Shown here: piece by piece, positions 39,221-51,713 of the stretch | How the letters are laid out: the number at the start of each line of letters is the position of its first letter | Position numbering within the stretch: the stretch's first letter is position 1 | From: Squalus acanthias | Lineage: Eukaryota | DNA: 64,000 nucleotides | Direction: 5' to 3' | NCBI GenBank assembly: GCA_030390025.1 | Contig: CM059432.1 | Location: 107,758,001 to 107,822,000, forward strand | Translations under genes and position numbers: made by a program | The notes under the pieces: model-generated | Database searches by the model: none | What the model was told of the DNA's origin: nothing | Seen by the model: the letters and a program-made list of their open reading frames with translations, nothing else

Positions 39221-39427
39221 CCTCTCTCTGAATCCTCTCCTGCTCTTTCTTCGTTCCTCTCTCTGAATCCTCTCCTGCTCTTTCTTCGTTCCTCTCTCTG
39301 AATCCTCTCCTGCTCTTTCTTCGTTCCTCTCTCTGAATCCTCTCCTGCTCTTTCTTCGTTCCTCTCTCTGAATCCTCTCCTGCTCTTTCTTCGTTCCTCT
39401 CTCTGAAAACTCTCCTGCCCTTTCTTC
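39221..39427. repeat. 35-bp pyrimidine-rich tandem repeat, ~6 copies
   Basis: cctctctctgaatcctctcctgctctttcttcgtt at 39221, 39256, 39291, 39326, 39361 and partial at 39396. Confidence 0.95.
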
Positions 39428-40796
39428 CCCACCAACTCTCCTCTCAGTCTCCGTTTCTGCTCCTTTTATATTCCGCTTCTCCTGTTCTACTTGTTGGTCT
39501 TTCTGTGTTCTAACTTCCTCAGACTTCCCAAGTGCCACTTTCCCCCAATATCCTGCAATCCCAGTGCCTCTGCCCTCCCACTTGTTGATTCCTGCAAGCT
39601 GCATTCTTTTCCCAGTTTTTCCCATTCTAAAAGCCACGCTCTGTTGACAATAACAACTGTGCCACGGTCATGGTGCCTTCATATTGCGCTCTGTCCTGCT
39701 GCCGTCACTGACAACTGCCATTACACCTCAGGTGCAAGGTGCGCACAGTCGAGGCAAGATGTTTAATTATATAGATAGACACGTTAGGAACTTTCCATTG
39801 GCCATGTTCCACTATATCGTCAAATATTACAGAAGTAACTGAAATAAGAAATGCTGCATGTTCATTTTGACACCGTGCCTGGGGATGTTGCAATGTCACC
39901 TTAACCTTATCTAGCTCTTTGAGACGTTGTGATGGATTTTGGGGGGAGAAAAACGTCTTGGGTGGTAGCGCCACATGGGCAACAGTGAATCGGCAGCCCA
40001 TTTTACACCCGCCCGATTTTCTTTTTCCGAATGGGCGCAAATGTAGAACAGGGCTGCCGATTCGCTGTCGCCTGCTTTGTGCTGCAGCCCAAGATGAATT
40101 TCTAGCCCTTTCCCTTTGGAGATTGCCCACCTGTTACACACCCTGCTGGATCTTTGGAGATTGCCCACCTGTTACACACCCAGCTGGATCTTTGACCGAG
40201 TGTGTAACAGGCCATCGATACATTACCACCAGGCAGTGAAAGGTAAAACCTACGTCATTCTTTCACACGATGCTTTATTAGATTTAAAAGAAGATTCTGG
40301 TAGTACCAGGCTGGTATATAAATATTACATAATATGAAAGGCTTGCTGGTGTGAGTGGCTTGGTGATTTTTAGTTCCCCACCTCCTCTGCATTTTCTTTA
40401 ATTTGCTCATCCATAATTCAATTTGTCCTAAAAGGAGCAGAGCTCCAACATTTTCAGGCAGGGGGGACCGGCTGTTAATGGACTAATATTTGTGTGGGAG
40501 TGTTAGAGTTAGTGATGACCATTGCTGAGCTCTTCTGCAGAACTTGGGACTGTGCCTGTGGGAAAGAGTCAGGGATATTACGCACAAACTTCACAGCAGG
40601 TCATAAGCCAACCACATCAAACTCCAACATCCACTCTCTTAAAAACTTCTTCTTCTTGTTGTTCAACTGTGTACTTGGAAACAAAAAGGTACATTTTCTT
40701 TAGTCTCTGATCCAGTTCAATACATCCTGCATTCTGATCAATTGAGAAGTTTTCATTAAAAAAAACATTCAGTTATTGATTTGTAGAAGAACATCA

Positions 40797-41235
40797 TCAA
40801 CAACAACTTACATTTATATAGTGCATTTAACATAGTAAAACATCCCAAGGCACTTCACAGGAGCGTAATTGGATGAAGTTTGAGACCGAGCCAAAGCAGG
40901 AGGCATTAGGACAGGTGAGGGTCACAGAGGTAGGTTTTAAGGAGCGCCTTAAAGAAGGAGAGAGAGGCGGTGACTTTTAGGGAGGGAATTCCAAAGCTTA
41001 GGGCCTCGATGGCTGAAGGCACCGGTGGGGTGAAGGAAGTGGAGGTTGAACAAGAGGCCAGAGTTGGATGAACGCAGAGTTCTCAGAGGGTTATAGGTTT
41101 GGAGGAGGTTACGGGGGTGAGCAAGGCCAAAGAGGGATTTGAACACGAGGATAAGAATTTTAAGATCGAGGCATTTGAGGACCGGGAAACAATATAGGTC
41201 AGCGAGCACAGAGGTGATGGGTGAAATCAGAGGGA
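40797..41235 (-). mobile_element. L2-like LINE 3' fragment
   Basis: LKILILVFKSLFGLAHP..RTLRSS..AFSHRGPKLWNSLP; short ttg-repeat tail. Confidence 0.75.
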
Positions 41236-42462
41236 TATGTTGGAGGAGATTTTCTACTTGCTGCTTGGGTGTAAAATTGCCGTGGCGGATCGGCTGCCCA
41301 TTATAGAAAGCGCCTGATTTTAATTCCCATCGGTTTCTATTACAGGGGCCAATCCACAATGCCAGTTTTATGCCCGGGCGGCAAGTTGTAAATCTACACT
41401 GTTCACTTTAGAACCATTAACTGTCTCCTGATGTTTTTCAAATGTGCCTCATCCTGCATTACAGTGAACTGGCCATTTAATAGACTGATCGGAATTCAGT
41501 CACAGGTTTTGTGCCAACTGTAGAGCGCATGAGATTTCTCGTGCAGCCCAGACCACCATTGTGGGCGCACCAAGGAGAAGGTCCTTCACCATCCTTTTCA
41601 GACCAACCAGGGACAGGCAGTAAACGTGGCCTTGCCAGAGTCGCTCACAACATTTGAACAAATAAATTGAAGGAGAGAAAAAAATCTGACCCCTTTAAGT
41701 GGCTGTCTGTGTGCGTTTGAAGTTGTCTTAAACCCTAAATGGTCATGCCCAAAGTATGTAGCAAATATTTGACTGAAAATAACATCAATTAAGTTGCACA
41801 AAAACATTATTGTATCAATGTCAGTCATCCTCTTTGAGGGCAAAGGTCATTGCCTACAATCAACAAGACCTTTTATTCTTATGTGTTCACTCATTTGATT
41901 TCATACTTTTGAAATCCCATCTGCAAAAGTCTCAGTGTTATTTATTCACCGACGCATCAGAACTCTGACTAGGAATGCCACGGATTAACTTTTCTGAAAA
42001 AGTGCCATCTCCAAATATTCCTCTTCTTCAAAACTCACAGAAAAGTTCGCAAATAATTAACTTAAGTGCAAGCATGTGAGGTTTGCACTGTCAGGTTTCA
42101 CAACATACAAACCCTTCAGTGTTTGCAGGGAGTGCAATAAAACTGCATCTGTCCCTCGGAAGAACAAACTCATTGTTGAAAAGTTTAATGATATTGGAAG
42201 GATTGTAATGTCTCGTTATTCCGTTCCAAGCCCCATGTGCTAACAAGTCTTTGCCAGCGGAAAAAACTGAGAGCACAAACCCATGCGTAATAAAATGAAT
42301 CATTTCAAACTGCTTCTATTAGAAAGGCAGCCAATTGCCTTAAAGGCCCTAAAGCCACAACTAACTTTTCAACAGCTGAGTTTACATTTGCCTTGACAAC
42401 CACGCTGGCCGTTTTGCCAATTGGCCAGCTGCTGACGCTGGCTTTACGTGGCCGGGTAAATT

Positions 42463-44670
42463 CAACAACAACAACAACGTGCATTTATATAATGACTTTA
42501 ATGTAGTAAAACGTCCCAGGGCATGTCACAGGAGCATAATCAGACAAAAAATTGGCACCGATCCAAAGAAGGAGATATTAGGACAAGTAACCAAATGCTT
42601 GGTCAAAGAGGTAGGTTTTAAGCAGCATCTTAAAGAAGGAGAGAGAGTTGGAGAGGCAGGGACGTTTCGGGAGGGAATTCAAGAGTTTAGGGCCAAGACG
42701 GCTGAAGGCACGGCCACCAATGGTGGGACAAAGGAAATAAGGGATGCACAAGAGGCCTGAGTTGGAGTAATTTTTAAAAAATGTTTATTTATTCATTTAT
42801 GGGATGTGGGCGTTGCTGGCAAGGCCAGCATTTATTGTCCATCCCTAGTTGCCCTTGAGAAGGTGGTGGTGAGCCGCCTTCTTGAACCGCTGCAGTCCGT
42901 GTGGTGAAGCTACTCCCACAGTGCTGCTAGGGAGGGAGTTCCAGGATTTTGACCCAGCGACGATGAAGGATCAGCGATATACTTCTAAGTCAGGATGGTG
43001 TGTGACTTGGAGGGGAACTTGGAGGTGGTGGTGTTCCCATGAGCCTGCTGCCCTTGTCCTTCTCGGTGGAAGAGGTCGCGGGTTTGGGAGGTGCTGCTGA
43101 AGAAGCCTTGGCGAGTTGCTGCAGTGCAACATATAGATGGTGCACACTGCAGCCATGGTACGCCGGTGGTGGAGGGAGTGAATGTTTAAGGTGGTGGATG
43201 GGGTGCCAATCAAGCGAGCTGCTTTGTCCTGGATGGTGTCGAGCTTCTTGAGTGTTGTTGGAGCTGCACTCATCCAGGCAAGTGGAGAGTATTCCATCAT
43301 ACTCCTGACTTGTGTCTTGTAGATGGTGGAAAGTCTTTGGGGAGTCAGGAGGTGAGACACTTGCCGCAGAATACCTAGCCTCTGTCCTGCTCTTGTTGCC
43401 ACAGTATTTATGTGGCTGGTCCAGTTAAGTTTCTGGTAAACGGTGACCCCCCAGGATGTTGATGGTGGGGTACTCAACGATGGTAATGCCATTGAATGTC
43501 AAGGGGCGGTGGTTAGACTCTCGCTTGTTGGAGTTAGTCATTGCCTGGCACTTGTGTGGCGCAAATGTTACCTGCCACTTATCAGCCCAAACCTGAATGT
43601 CGTCCAGGTCTTGTTGCATGCGGGCATGGACTGCTTCATTATCTGAGGAGTTGTGAATGGCACTGAACACTGTGTAGTCATCAGCGAACATCCCCATTTC
43701 TGACCTTATGTTGGAGGGAAGGTCATTGATGAAGCAGCTGAAGATGGTTGGGCCTAGGACACTGCCCTGAGGAACTCCTGCAGCGATATCCTGGGGCTGT
43801 GATGATTGACCTTCAACCACCACAACCACCTTCCTTTGTGCTAGGTATGACTCCAGCCAGTGGAGAGTTTTCCCCCCAATTCCCTTTGATTTCAGTTTTA
43901 CTAGGGCTCCTTGATGCCACATTCGGTTAAATGCTGCCTTGATGTCAAGGGCAGTCACTCTCACCTCACCTCTGGAATTCAGCTCTTTTGTCCATGTTTG
44001 GACCAAGGCTGTAATGAGGTCGGGAACTGAGTGGTCTTGGCGGAACCAAACTGGGCATCCGTGAGCAGGTTATTGGTGAGTAAGTGTCGCTTGATAGCAC
44101 TGTCGATGACACCTTCCATCACTTTGCTGATGATTAAGAGTAGACTGATGGGGCGGTAATTGGCAGGATTGGATTTGTCCTGCTTTTTGTGGACATGACA
44201 TACCTGGGCAGTTTTCCACATTGTCGGATAGATGCCAGTGTTGTAGCTGTACTGGAACAGCTTGGCTAGAGGCACAGCTAGTTCTGGAGCACACATCTTC
44301 AGCATAACAGCCGGGATGTTGTCGGGGCCCATAGCCTTTGCTGTATCCATTGCGCTCAGCCATTTCTTGATATCACGTGGATGGTGGGGACCTCAGGAGG
44401 AGGCCGAGATGGATCATCCACTCGGCACTTCTGGCTGAAGATAGTTGCAAACGCTTCAGCCGTGTCTTTTGCACTCGCGTGCTGGGCTCCACCATCATTG
44501 AGGATGGGGATATTCATGGAGCCTCCTCCTCCCGTTAGTTGTTTAATGTTCCACCACCATTCACGCAGAGCTCATGGAGATTTGTAGAGCCGAAGGAGGT
44601 TACAGAAATGGGGAGGGGTGAAGTCAGCGAGCACAAGGGTGATGGGTGAACGGGACTTGGCGCGAGTCAG
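42463..44670 (-). mobile_element. L2-like 3' fragment (42463-42768, probably resuming ~44575-44670) split by a LINE
   Basis: Homologous to 40797-41235; caa repeats at 42463-42478. Confidence 0.65.
42788..44565 (-). mobile_element. Second copy of the 17713-20629 LINE family, 5'-truncated, frameshifted
   Basis: KAMGPDNIP, GVPQGSVLGP, FADD and the same 3' UTR. Confidence 0.92.
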
Positions 44671-45117
44671 TTGGCCAATCTGACACAAAGAGTTATGCCT
44701 GACTGTTAGTGTATACAATAGGCTGACGTCATACTAGGCCAATGTAGCAAATGTTATGAGTTGGCTCTCGTGCCTCAGAGCCTGGATGGGAGGACTGTGG
44801 GGCCCGGAGGTGAGTGCGGTCTTACTGATTTTCTGCCATTAAAGTTAATAGCCGGAAAACTAGGAAGGCTGCAAAATAGCCACACTGACCTACACCCCGA
44901 TTGTCCAAGCAAATGAGGCTCCATGTCACTAATTCATGAAATTTACTCCTGCAGGTTGTCTTATTGTTTGTCTAACAATAAGGAATATCAAACCCTTCTC
45001 CTATTCTAGTTTTCCTGTGCATTTCACAAGCATCAGTTTGGCTCAGTGGTAGTAGTCTGAGTCAGAAGATTGTGGGTCCAAGCTCCATATGGGACTTACG
45101 TATTTTTTAAACTATTT

Positions 45118-45590
45118 TTATTAATTCATTCTTGGGATGTGGGCATCACTAGCAAGGCCAGCATTTATTGCCCATCCATAGATGCCCTTGAGAAGGTGGT
45201 GGTAAGTTGCCTTTTTCTTGAACCTCTGCAGTCCCTGTGGTGAAGGTACTCCCACAGTGCTGTTAGATAGGAAGTTCCAGGATTTGGACCCAGTGACGAA
45301 GGAATGGCGATATATTTCCAAGTCAGGATGGTGTGTGACTTGGAGGGGAATTTAGAGGCGATGGTGTTCCCGTCCACGTGCTGCTCTTGTCCTTCTAGGT
45401 GGTGGAGGTCGTGGGTTTGGGAGGTGCAGCCGAAGAAGCCAAGGTGAGTTGCTGCAGTGCATCCTTTGATAGTACACACTGCAGCCATGGTATGCTGGTG
45501 GTGGAGTCAGTGGATATCTGGGCTCGTGGATGAGCTGCCAATTAAGTAGACTGCTTTGTCCTGAATGGTATTGAGCTTCTTGAATGTTAT
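45118..45590 (-). mobile_element. 3' fragment of the same LINE family
   Basis: ggccagcatttattgcccatcc..gcccttgagaaggtggtg 3' UTR and C-terminal coding remnant. Confidence 0.8.
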
Positions 45591-46676
45591 TAGCATATAG
45601 TCTATGTGACTGGAGTTAGACTGCACTCTGCGCAAACTCAAGCTGGTGTGAAATGGCCTCCAGGAGAGGACCTCACATCTTTAGCTGTAAAGATAGAAGG
45701 GTGAATTTTAGGCTATAGTGCGCTCAATAGTCCATTCAGTTGCACCGCCAGAATCTTTTATGTCATTGGGCATGAATGGTGAGTGTGGCAGTATAACATA
45801 ACAGTCTGATATTGGTGAGAAATTTAACTATTTCATTCAAGCATTTGATTAGAGTCCAATATTTATATAAATTAACCTTGAAAAATACATCATTGTAATC
45901 AGTGTTTGATCTGTCTGGCAGTAAGATATACTGTAATGGACTGCTGTTGTAGTTCTGAGAACAGGATGTACATACAAAAGGTAATTATATATTTAGGATA
46001 TGAATGAGATTAGATCACAGTTTACATTGCCTTAGTGAATAATATGATACAAGCAGCAGCATCTGGATCATCTGGAGATGAGCAATAAATGCTGGCCTTG
46101 CGAGCAATGCACATAGCGCAAGACTGAATAAAAAAAAATATAAAAAGATATTGCACAGTTCATACAATCTCAAAGCATTAGCCACAGGCACAAGATTGCG
46201 AACAAGATTGGCTTCCTTTATTATTCACCCACCACACAACAGTTCATTGTTCTTCTGTGTTTCTTAACCTGAAGTAAATGTTGATGACTTAACCAGACTC
46301 TAATACTAAATACACAGAGCAAATAAAAAGGAAATCTGGGCTGGGGGTTGATAGAATTGATTTCATGCCCAAGATTGGCTTCGGGCAAGTGATCAGGTCA
46401 TCACAGGGAGGGAACAAGTGGGGAACGAGACAATAAATGGGGAGGACAAATCATGGGGGACAGCAGTCTAGGCCGTGCATACACTTCCTGACAGCTGCTG
46501 CTCTCTCAACAGGACAAGAAACGTCAGACCCGGGAGATAAAAGCAAGCAAAATATATATATATTGCAAAACAAGCTAGACACCACAGAGCGGAATTGAAA
46601 ACTCCCATCTACGTAGACTAAATAAACAATTTTGGAGCAGAGGAACCATATCCGTGAAGGACCAAGGAGCAAATCA

Positions 46677-46740
46677 GATTTATAATCCAATGCGACCTGA
46701 ATGGTTGACCGCTTTGGTGACGTAAACCGCCACGTGATCC
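46677..46740 (-). promoter_or_regulatory. Candidate Pol II promoter or enhancer motif cluster
   Basis: CACGTG 46731-46736, TGACGTAA 46718-46725, CCAAT 46687-46691, TATAAA on minus 46679-46684, in sequence not recognisably repetitive. Confidence 0.3.
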
Positions 46741-47149
46741 ACAAGGTTTTGGAGAAAGCTGGGCTGTGAGACAGAAGCTTGTACTTTTAATTAACATCTT
46801 CACTCTTTACATGTTTGCAACTGGGGAGAAAAAAATAAAGGGTAAAGCAGTTCTCCCCTGCAAATAATTCTGAGGAGCAGACTGTTTGTGTTTTATTCTG
46901 TATACTTGTTAGGGAATCTGTGGAGTGAGGTCACTGTGGGGCCAAGGGTGACTCATGGGGAAAAGGTGGGTGATGGGACATAGGGAGGCTCCTTAGAGCA
47001 GACAAACCAAAACATTATTGTTGAAGGATTATGTTCGTGGGAACAGTTGTGAGGGGACCACTGTTAAGTTTTTTCCTTGGTGCCAGCCGTGGCTCAGACG
47101 TTAAACCGAGGCCCCATCTGCCCTCTCAAGTGGACGTAAAAGATCCCAT

Positions 47150-47388
47150 TGTTGAGGCTGCCGCGAAACACGAATTAAGGCTGAATCCATTTGTGTTAAA
47201 CAGGAGACTTTTTAATCACAGCATGGTACAAAATGGCAGACTCTAAAGCTCCCAGAATTCTCTGGGTAAAACCTGAGGCCCCGCCCCCTTCTGCCTTAAA
47301 GGTAAGGTGCCTTAAAGGGAAGGGGCTGGAAATTTGTCCACAGACGGGAAGAGTAGATTATGCCCATTTTAGGTGGCAATCCGCCACA
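47150..47388 (-). repeat. 3' LTR (239 bp)
   Basis: Direct repeat of 51262-51500; 5 substitutions counted by eye. Confidence 0.95.
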
Positions 47389-47400
47389 CAGCTCCCCCCA
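47389..47400 (-). promoter_or_regulatory. Polypurine tract
   Basis: tggggggagctg immediately upstream of the 3' LTR on minus. Confidence 0.8.
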
Positions 47401-47408
47401 GAATCCGC

Positions 47409-50400
47409 TTAGGAGGTGTGGACGAGACGGTGCGGCGGTCTGATGGGCCGGCCGGAGCGGCTCTTGTAGGACGCCGGTGGACGTGGAACGGCCGGGCGTG
47501 GAGCAGCCAGGTGAACCAGCTTGAGGGCAGGTCGGCCGCGTGGAGGTGGACGAGCTACAGGGACCTGCTCACCGGGCTCCGAGTGTGCTGGCTTGAGTCG
47601 GTCAACCGACACTTTTTCAGTCCTGTTGCCCACTTGCAGGGTGAAAAATTTGGCCACAGCCTGTAGCACCTTGTAGGGCCCGTCGTACGGGGGTTGAAGG
47701 GGTCCGCGGTGGGCGTCGTGCCGGACGAAAACAAACCGTGCCTGGTGCAGGCTTAGTGGGACGTGTGAGGTGGATTCGTCGTGTCGGGCAATGGGCACCG
47801 GGGCGAACTGCAGCGCCAGTGAGGCGAAGTCGTGGCGTTGCTGGTCGGCTGACCAGGGTGTCGTGGCGGTGGGCAGGAACTCGCCGGGTACGCGCAGCGG
47901 CTGACCGTACACGAGCTCTGCTGCCGATGCGTGGAGGTCTTCTTTAACCGTGGTGCGCAGGCCGAGGAGGACCCGCGGAAGTCGGTCGGTCCAGGCGCCG
48001 TCTTGGAGGCTGGCTCGAAGAGATGCCTTCAAGGATCTGTGGAACCGCTCACACAGTCCGTTGGCTTGGGGGTGGTATGCTGTGGTGCAGTGAATGGTCA
48101 CCCCGAGATTGCGTGTGACGGCGGTCCAGAGTTCAGAGGTAAATTGCGGACCTCTGTCCGACGTCATGTCGGAGGGGACGCCGAACCGTGCGACCCAGGT
48201 GCTGACGAAGGCTCTGGCGATGTCGGCGGTGGTGGTAGAGGTCAGTGGAATTGCCTCAGGCCAGCGTGTGGTGCGGTCAACGATGGTCAGCAAGTGCGTG
48301 TGGCCTTGCGACGGCGGCAGGGGCCCGACGATGTCCACGTGGATGTGGTCGAATCTCCGCGAGGGGACGGTAAACTCCTCGAGGGGTGCTTTCGTGTGTT
48401 GCTGTACCTTGGCCCGTTGGCAGGCTAGGCAGGAGTTGGCCCAAGTACGCACATCCTTGCGAAGGCCGCGCCAGACAAAGCGGTTGGCTACCAATTTGAT
48501 GGATGCGCGGGCGCCGGGGTGGGAGAGGTTGTGGAGAATGTCGAATACCCGGCGGCGCCAGGGCACTGGGACGACGGGCCGAGGTTGACATAGGGATATG
48601 TCACACTTGACCGTGACTGCGGTCGGGCCACAGGCGATGTCGGCCAGGCGTAGCCCTGGTAGGTTGGTGGGTGCGGAGAGCAGATCAGGGTCGGTGATCT
48701 GGTCTGCTGCGAGTTGAGCGTAGTCGACTGCTAGGTGTGCGGCGTGGATGGCGGGGCGGGAGAGGCAGTCGGCTACCACATTGTCTCGGCCGGAGACATG
48801 TTGGATGTCCGTGGTGAACTCGGACACTGCCGCGAGCTGGCGCTGCTGCCTGGCGGACCAGGGGTCGGTTGTCTTTGCCATTGCGAATGTCAGGGGCTTG
48901 TGGTCGACAAACGCAGTGAAGGGGTGGCCCTCAAGCAAAAACCGGAAATGGCGGACCGCCAGGAACAGCGCGAGGAGCTCGCGGTCGAAGGTGCTGTACT
49001 TGACCTCCGGGGGGCGTAGTTGGCGGCTGAAGAAGGCAAGTGGTTGCCAGGCGCCGTCGACCCACTGCTCATACAAGGCGCCGACCGCGTGGTCGGAGGC
49101 GTCCGTGGTGAGCGCTACCCTGACATTGGGCCGTGGGTGCGCGAGCAGGGTGGCGTTGGCGAGTGCGGTCTTGGTGGAATCGAAGGCGGCGGACGCGTCT
49201 GCCGTCCATTCGACCGTCTTTTTGCCGCTCCTGCCCCGGAGGGCTTCATACAGGGGCCTCATGAGGGACGCCGCTTTGGGGATGAAGCGGTTATAGAAAT
49301 TCACCAGCCCGAGGAACTCCTGGAGGCCTTTGATGGTGGTGGGGCGGGGAAATTGTTGGACGGCCTGCACCTTGGTGGGCAGGGGAATGGCCCCAGCATG
49401 GGTGATGTGGTGGCCGAGGAAGTCGATCTTGTCCAGGCCGAACTGGCATTTGGCTGGGCTGAGGATGAGCCCGTGGTCGCTGAGGCGCCCGAACAGGATG
49501 CGAAGGTGTTCGAGGTGTTCCTGCTTGGAGGAACTGGCTACCAGGATGTCGTCCAGGTAGACGAACAGGAACTTCAGGTCCCGAAGGACCGAGTCCATGA
49601 GCCGTTGGAATGCCTGGGCCGCGTTTTTGAGGCCGAAGGGCATCCGCAGGAACTCGAACAGGCCGAAGGGGGTGATTACGGCCGTCTTGGGGACGTCCGC
49701 GGGGTGGACGGGGACTTGGTGGTAGCCGCGCACCAGGTCGACCTTGGAAAAGACTGAGCGGCCGGCCAGTCTAGCCGAGAAGTCCTGAATGTGCGGCATG
49801 GGGTACCGATCAGGGGTGGTGGCGTCATTGAGGCGGCGGTAATCCCCGCAGGGGCGCCAACCTCCGCCTGGTTTGGGGGCGATGTGGAGTGGGGAGGCCC
49901 AGGGACTGTTGGAGCGGCGGATGATGCCGAGCTGTTCCATGGTGGCAAACTCGGTCCGCGCGATCTCCAGTTTGGCCGGGTCCAGCCTGCGGGCGTGGGC
50001 GTACACTGGGGGGCCTGTGGTGGGGATGAAGTGTTCCACCCCGTGTTTGGCGGCCTCCGCGGAGAAGGTCGGATTGGTAAGGTCCGGGAATTCGGCCAGG
50101 AGTGCCGAGTAGTCATCCGTGGCCTGGGCGTGGCACTGTGACGCCATGTCGGCGGGTTGACGGGGGGCCATGGCGCCCAGGATGGGGGACATGGTGTTCA
50201 TGTCCACGAGGCGGTGACGATGGATGTCTACCAGTTGGCCGTGGGCACACAGGAAATCTGTGCCGATGAGGGGGGAGAGCACCTTGGCAGTAATGAACTC
50301 CCATCGGTAGCGGTGACCAGCGAGGTCGAGGGTGACTGTCCGGGTGCCATACGTCTGGATTTCCGAGCCGTTAGCAGCAGCCAGCGCCGGTCCTCATTCG

Positions 50401-51221
50401 CCCTTTTGGATGTCGAGGGAGGAGGCCGGGATGATGCTGTGCTGAGCCCCAGTGTCGCACAGGAACCGGCGGCCGGTTTTGTCATCCGTGACGAACAGCA
50501 GGGAGCCCGCGTGGCCCACGGCCATCGCGGGGGCTGGAACGGGGGCAGACTTGAAAGAGCAGGGAGGTGTGCACCGTTGTGCCCTGGCGCCGAACCGTGC
50601 GTGGTAGTAACAGTGGCCCGGGTTAGTGGGGCGTGAAGGCCCCGTGGGCCTGGTGACAGGCCCTTGTGGCCGCGTGCTGGATGGTGAGGGGCGCGCCCAG
50701 GCATTGGCTGCCAGGTCCGGAGTGACGTCGCGGCTGGAGTGAGCGGACAGCAGCTTGTCGGCCTCATCGGCCAGGGCTTCCAGGTTCGTGAGGCCGGACG
50801 CCACGATCGCTGGGCGGATGCTGAGAGGGAGCTGGCGGATGAACAGCGTGCAGAAGAGGGATCCGGGTGGGCTCTCGTCGGTGAGGGAGAGCATGTGGGA
50901 GAGGAGGTCTGACGGTGAGGCATCACCGAGGCCTGGAAGGTCGAGGAGGTGGCAGTTTCGCTGATATGCCGAGGCCGTAAATTTTTTAAGGAGCGCTGTC
51001 CTGAGATGTGCGTACTTGCCTTCCTCTGGTGGGTTCTGCAGCGTTGTCCAAACCTTGGAAACTGCGGCGCTACCGAGTGATGTGACGAGGTAGTCGTACT
51101 TCGTCCCATCTGTGGTGACATTTCGCAGCCGGAAGCGAGATTCAGCTTGGAGAAACCAGGCTTCGGGCTGGTTTTCCCAAAACTCCAGCAGTTTCACGGA
51201 AACTGCGTTCGTGTCCGCCAT
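47409..51221 (-). pseudogene. gag-pol polyprotein in a single frame with one internal TGA at 50394-50396
   Basis: Gag CYYHARFGARAQRCTPPC; protease CDTGA; RT YLDD; RNase H TDAS; integrase HHCC, DDE and GPY. Track ORFs 50394-51221 and 47409-50282 are in frame, with 37 sense codons between them. Confidence 0.93.
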
Positions 51222-51246
51222 TGCAGTGCTCGGAATACGGTCTGAG

Positions 51247-51260
51247 CGTCGGGGTCACCA
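51247..51260 (-). promoter_or_regulatory. Primer binding site, tRNA-Trp
   Basis: TGGTGACCCCGACG one base from the 5' LTR; complementary to the vertebrate tRNA-Trp 3' end (..CGTCGGGGTCACCA, recalled). Confidence 0.85.
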
Positions 51261-51261
51261 A

Positions 51262-51500
51262 TGTTGAGGCTGCCGCGAAACACGAATTAAGGCTGAATCC
51301 ATTTGTGTTAAACAGAAGACTTTTTAATCACAGCATGGTACAAAATGGCAGACTCTAAAGCTCCCAGAATTCGCTGGGTAAAACCTGAGGCCCCGCCCCC
51401 TTCTGCCTTAAAGGTAAGGTGCCTTAAAGGGAAGGGGCTGGAAATTTGTCCACAGACGGGAAGAGTGGATTATGCCCGTTTTAGGTGGCGATCCGCCACA
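51262..51500 (-). repeat. 5' LTR (239 bp)
   Basis: Direct repeat of 47150-47388. Confidence 0.95.
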
Positions 51501-51578
51501 CCATAACACTATTTCACAAAAAAGCAGGGGAGTTCTTCCTGGTGTCCTGTGAATATTTATTCCTCAACCAACATCACT

Positions 51579-51713
51579 GATGAAAGGTCATCGACCTGAA
51601 ACATTAACTTTGTTTTTGTCTTCCCAGACACTGCCTGACCTGTTACGTGTTTTCTAGCATTTGCTGTTGTGTTTTTATTTTAGATTTCCAGCATCTGCAG
51701 TACTTTGCTTTTG
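51579..51713 (+). mobile_element. Penelope pLTR-end fragment starting at a degenerate hammerhead core
   Basis: CTGATGA-AAGGTCATCGACCT-GAAACATTAACT; TSD tcact (51574-51578 / 51714-51718). Confidence 0.75.

Larger units (their letters stand above)
47150..51500 (-). mobile_element. Full-length Ty3/Gypsy LTR retrotransposon, CsRn1/Boudicca/Kabuki-like
   Basis: TG..CA LTRs, CCAT TSD (47146-47149 / 51501-51504), PBS, PPT, gag-PR-RT-RH-IN order. Confidence 0.96.

Noticed and set aside
40494..40740. Short ORFs on both strands in unique sequence
   Set aside because: No recognisable homology or convincing splice signals.
50394..50396. Programmed stop-codon readthrough between gag and pol
   Set aside because: The stop lies within the protease domain and is best explained as CGA-to-TGA decay.
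47738..50964. Multiple + strand ORFs antisense to gag-pol
   Set aside because: Shadow ORFs expected from GC-rich coding sequence; no motifs.
47150..51500. Bacterial contamination suggested by the GC/CpG-rich island
   Set aside because: It has LTRs, PBS, PPT and a TSD inside a host SINE.
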